From a virus (taxonomy: Duplodnaviria; Caudoviricetes), in the IMG/VR virus record IMGVR_UViG_3300032312_000144, positions 1 through 34,881 of that record: a stretch of DNA of 34,881 nucleotides; one strand, 5' to 3'. Of this stretch, positions 34,855 to 34,881 are shown in pieces; position 1 is the first letter of the stretch, and each line of letters opens with the position of its first letter. Position numbers and translations under genes: made by a program. Under the pieces are notes generated by a model. The model saw nothing but the letters and a program-made list of their open reading frames with translations, ran no database searches and had not been told where the DNA came from.

Positions 34855-34881
34855 AAGTCCCCTTAAATCTATCGGTAATAA

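Overview
The window is most of a tailed dsDNA bacteriophage genome. It is moderately AT-rich by eye and densely coding, with many overlapping stop/start codons. WhiB, a proteasome-beta/HslV-like peptidase, a split primase and an actinobacterial-type lytic transglycosylase point to a phage of low-GC Actinobacteria, plausibly freshwater acI-like; the host is an inference. Positions 1-25171 (+) hold the virion and lysis module: terminase C-terminus, portal, three large helical putative ejection proteins, scaffold, major capsid, a run of Lys-rich microproteins, a Thr-rich collagen-like protein followed by three glycosyltransferases, adaptor/fibre/Gly-rich adhesin/nozzle genes and a membrane protein-endolysin-holin cassette. 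No tape measure or tail tube was recognised, so the virion is probably podovirus-like. Positions 25741-33048 (+) hold a replication/regulation module: Ntn peptidase, Cas4-like nuclease, WhiB, DnaB-like helicase, Holliday resolvase, split primase, DUF1599-like protein, sigma-like factor, amino-MTase, PD-(D/E)XK protein and an FmdB-like Zn ribbon. Positions 33216-34854 (-) encode a C5 MTase, a secreted transglycosylase and small proteins. The top candidates for a second look are a collagen-glycosylation cassette, two convergent anti-Shine-Dalgarno small RNAs, tandem pseudoknots over the scaffold RBS, a basic-microprotein cluster, and apparent genome-wide absence of CATG/TCGA/CCGG. All calls come from reading motifs; no searches were run.
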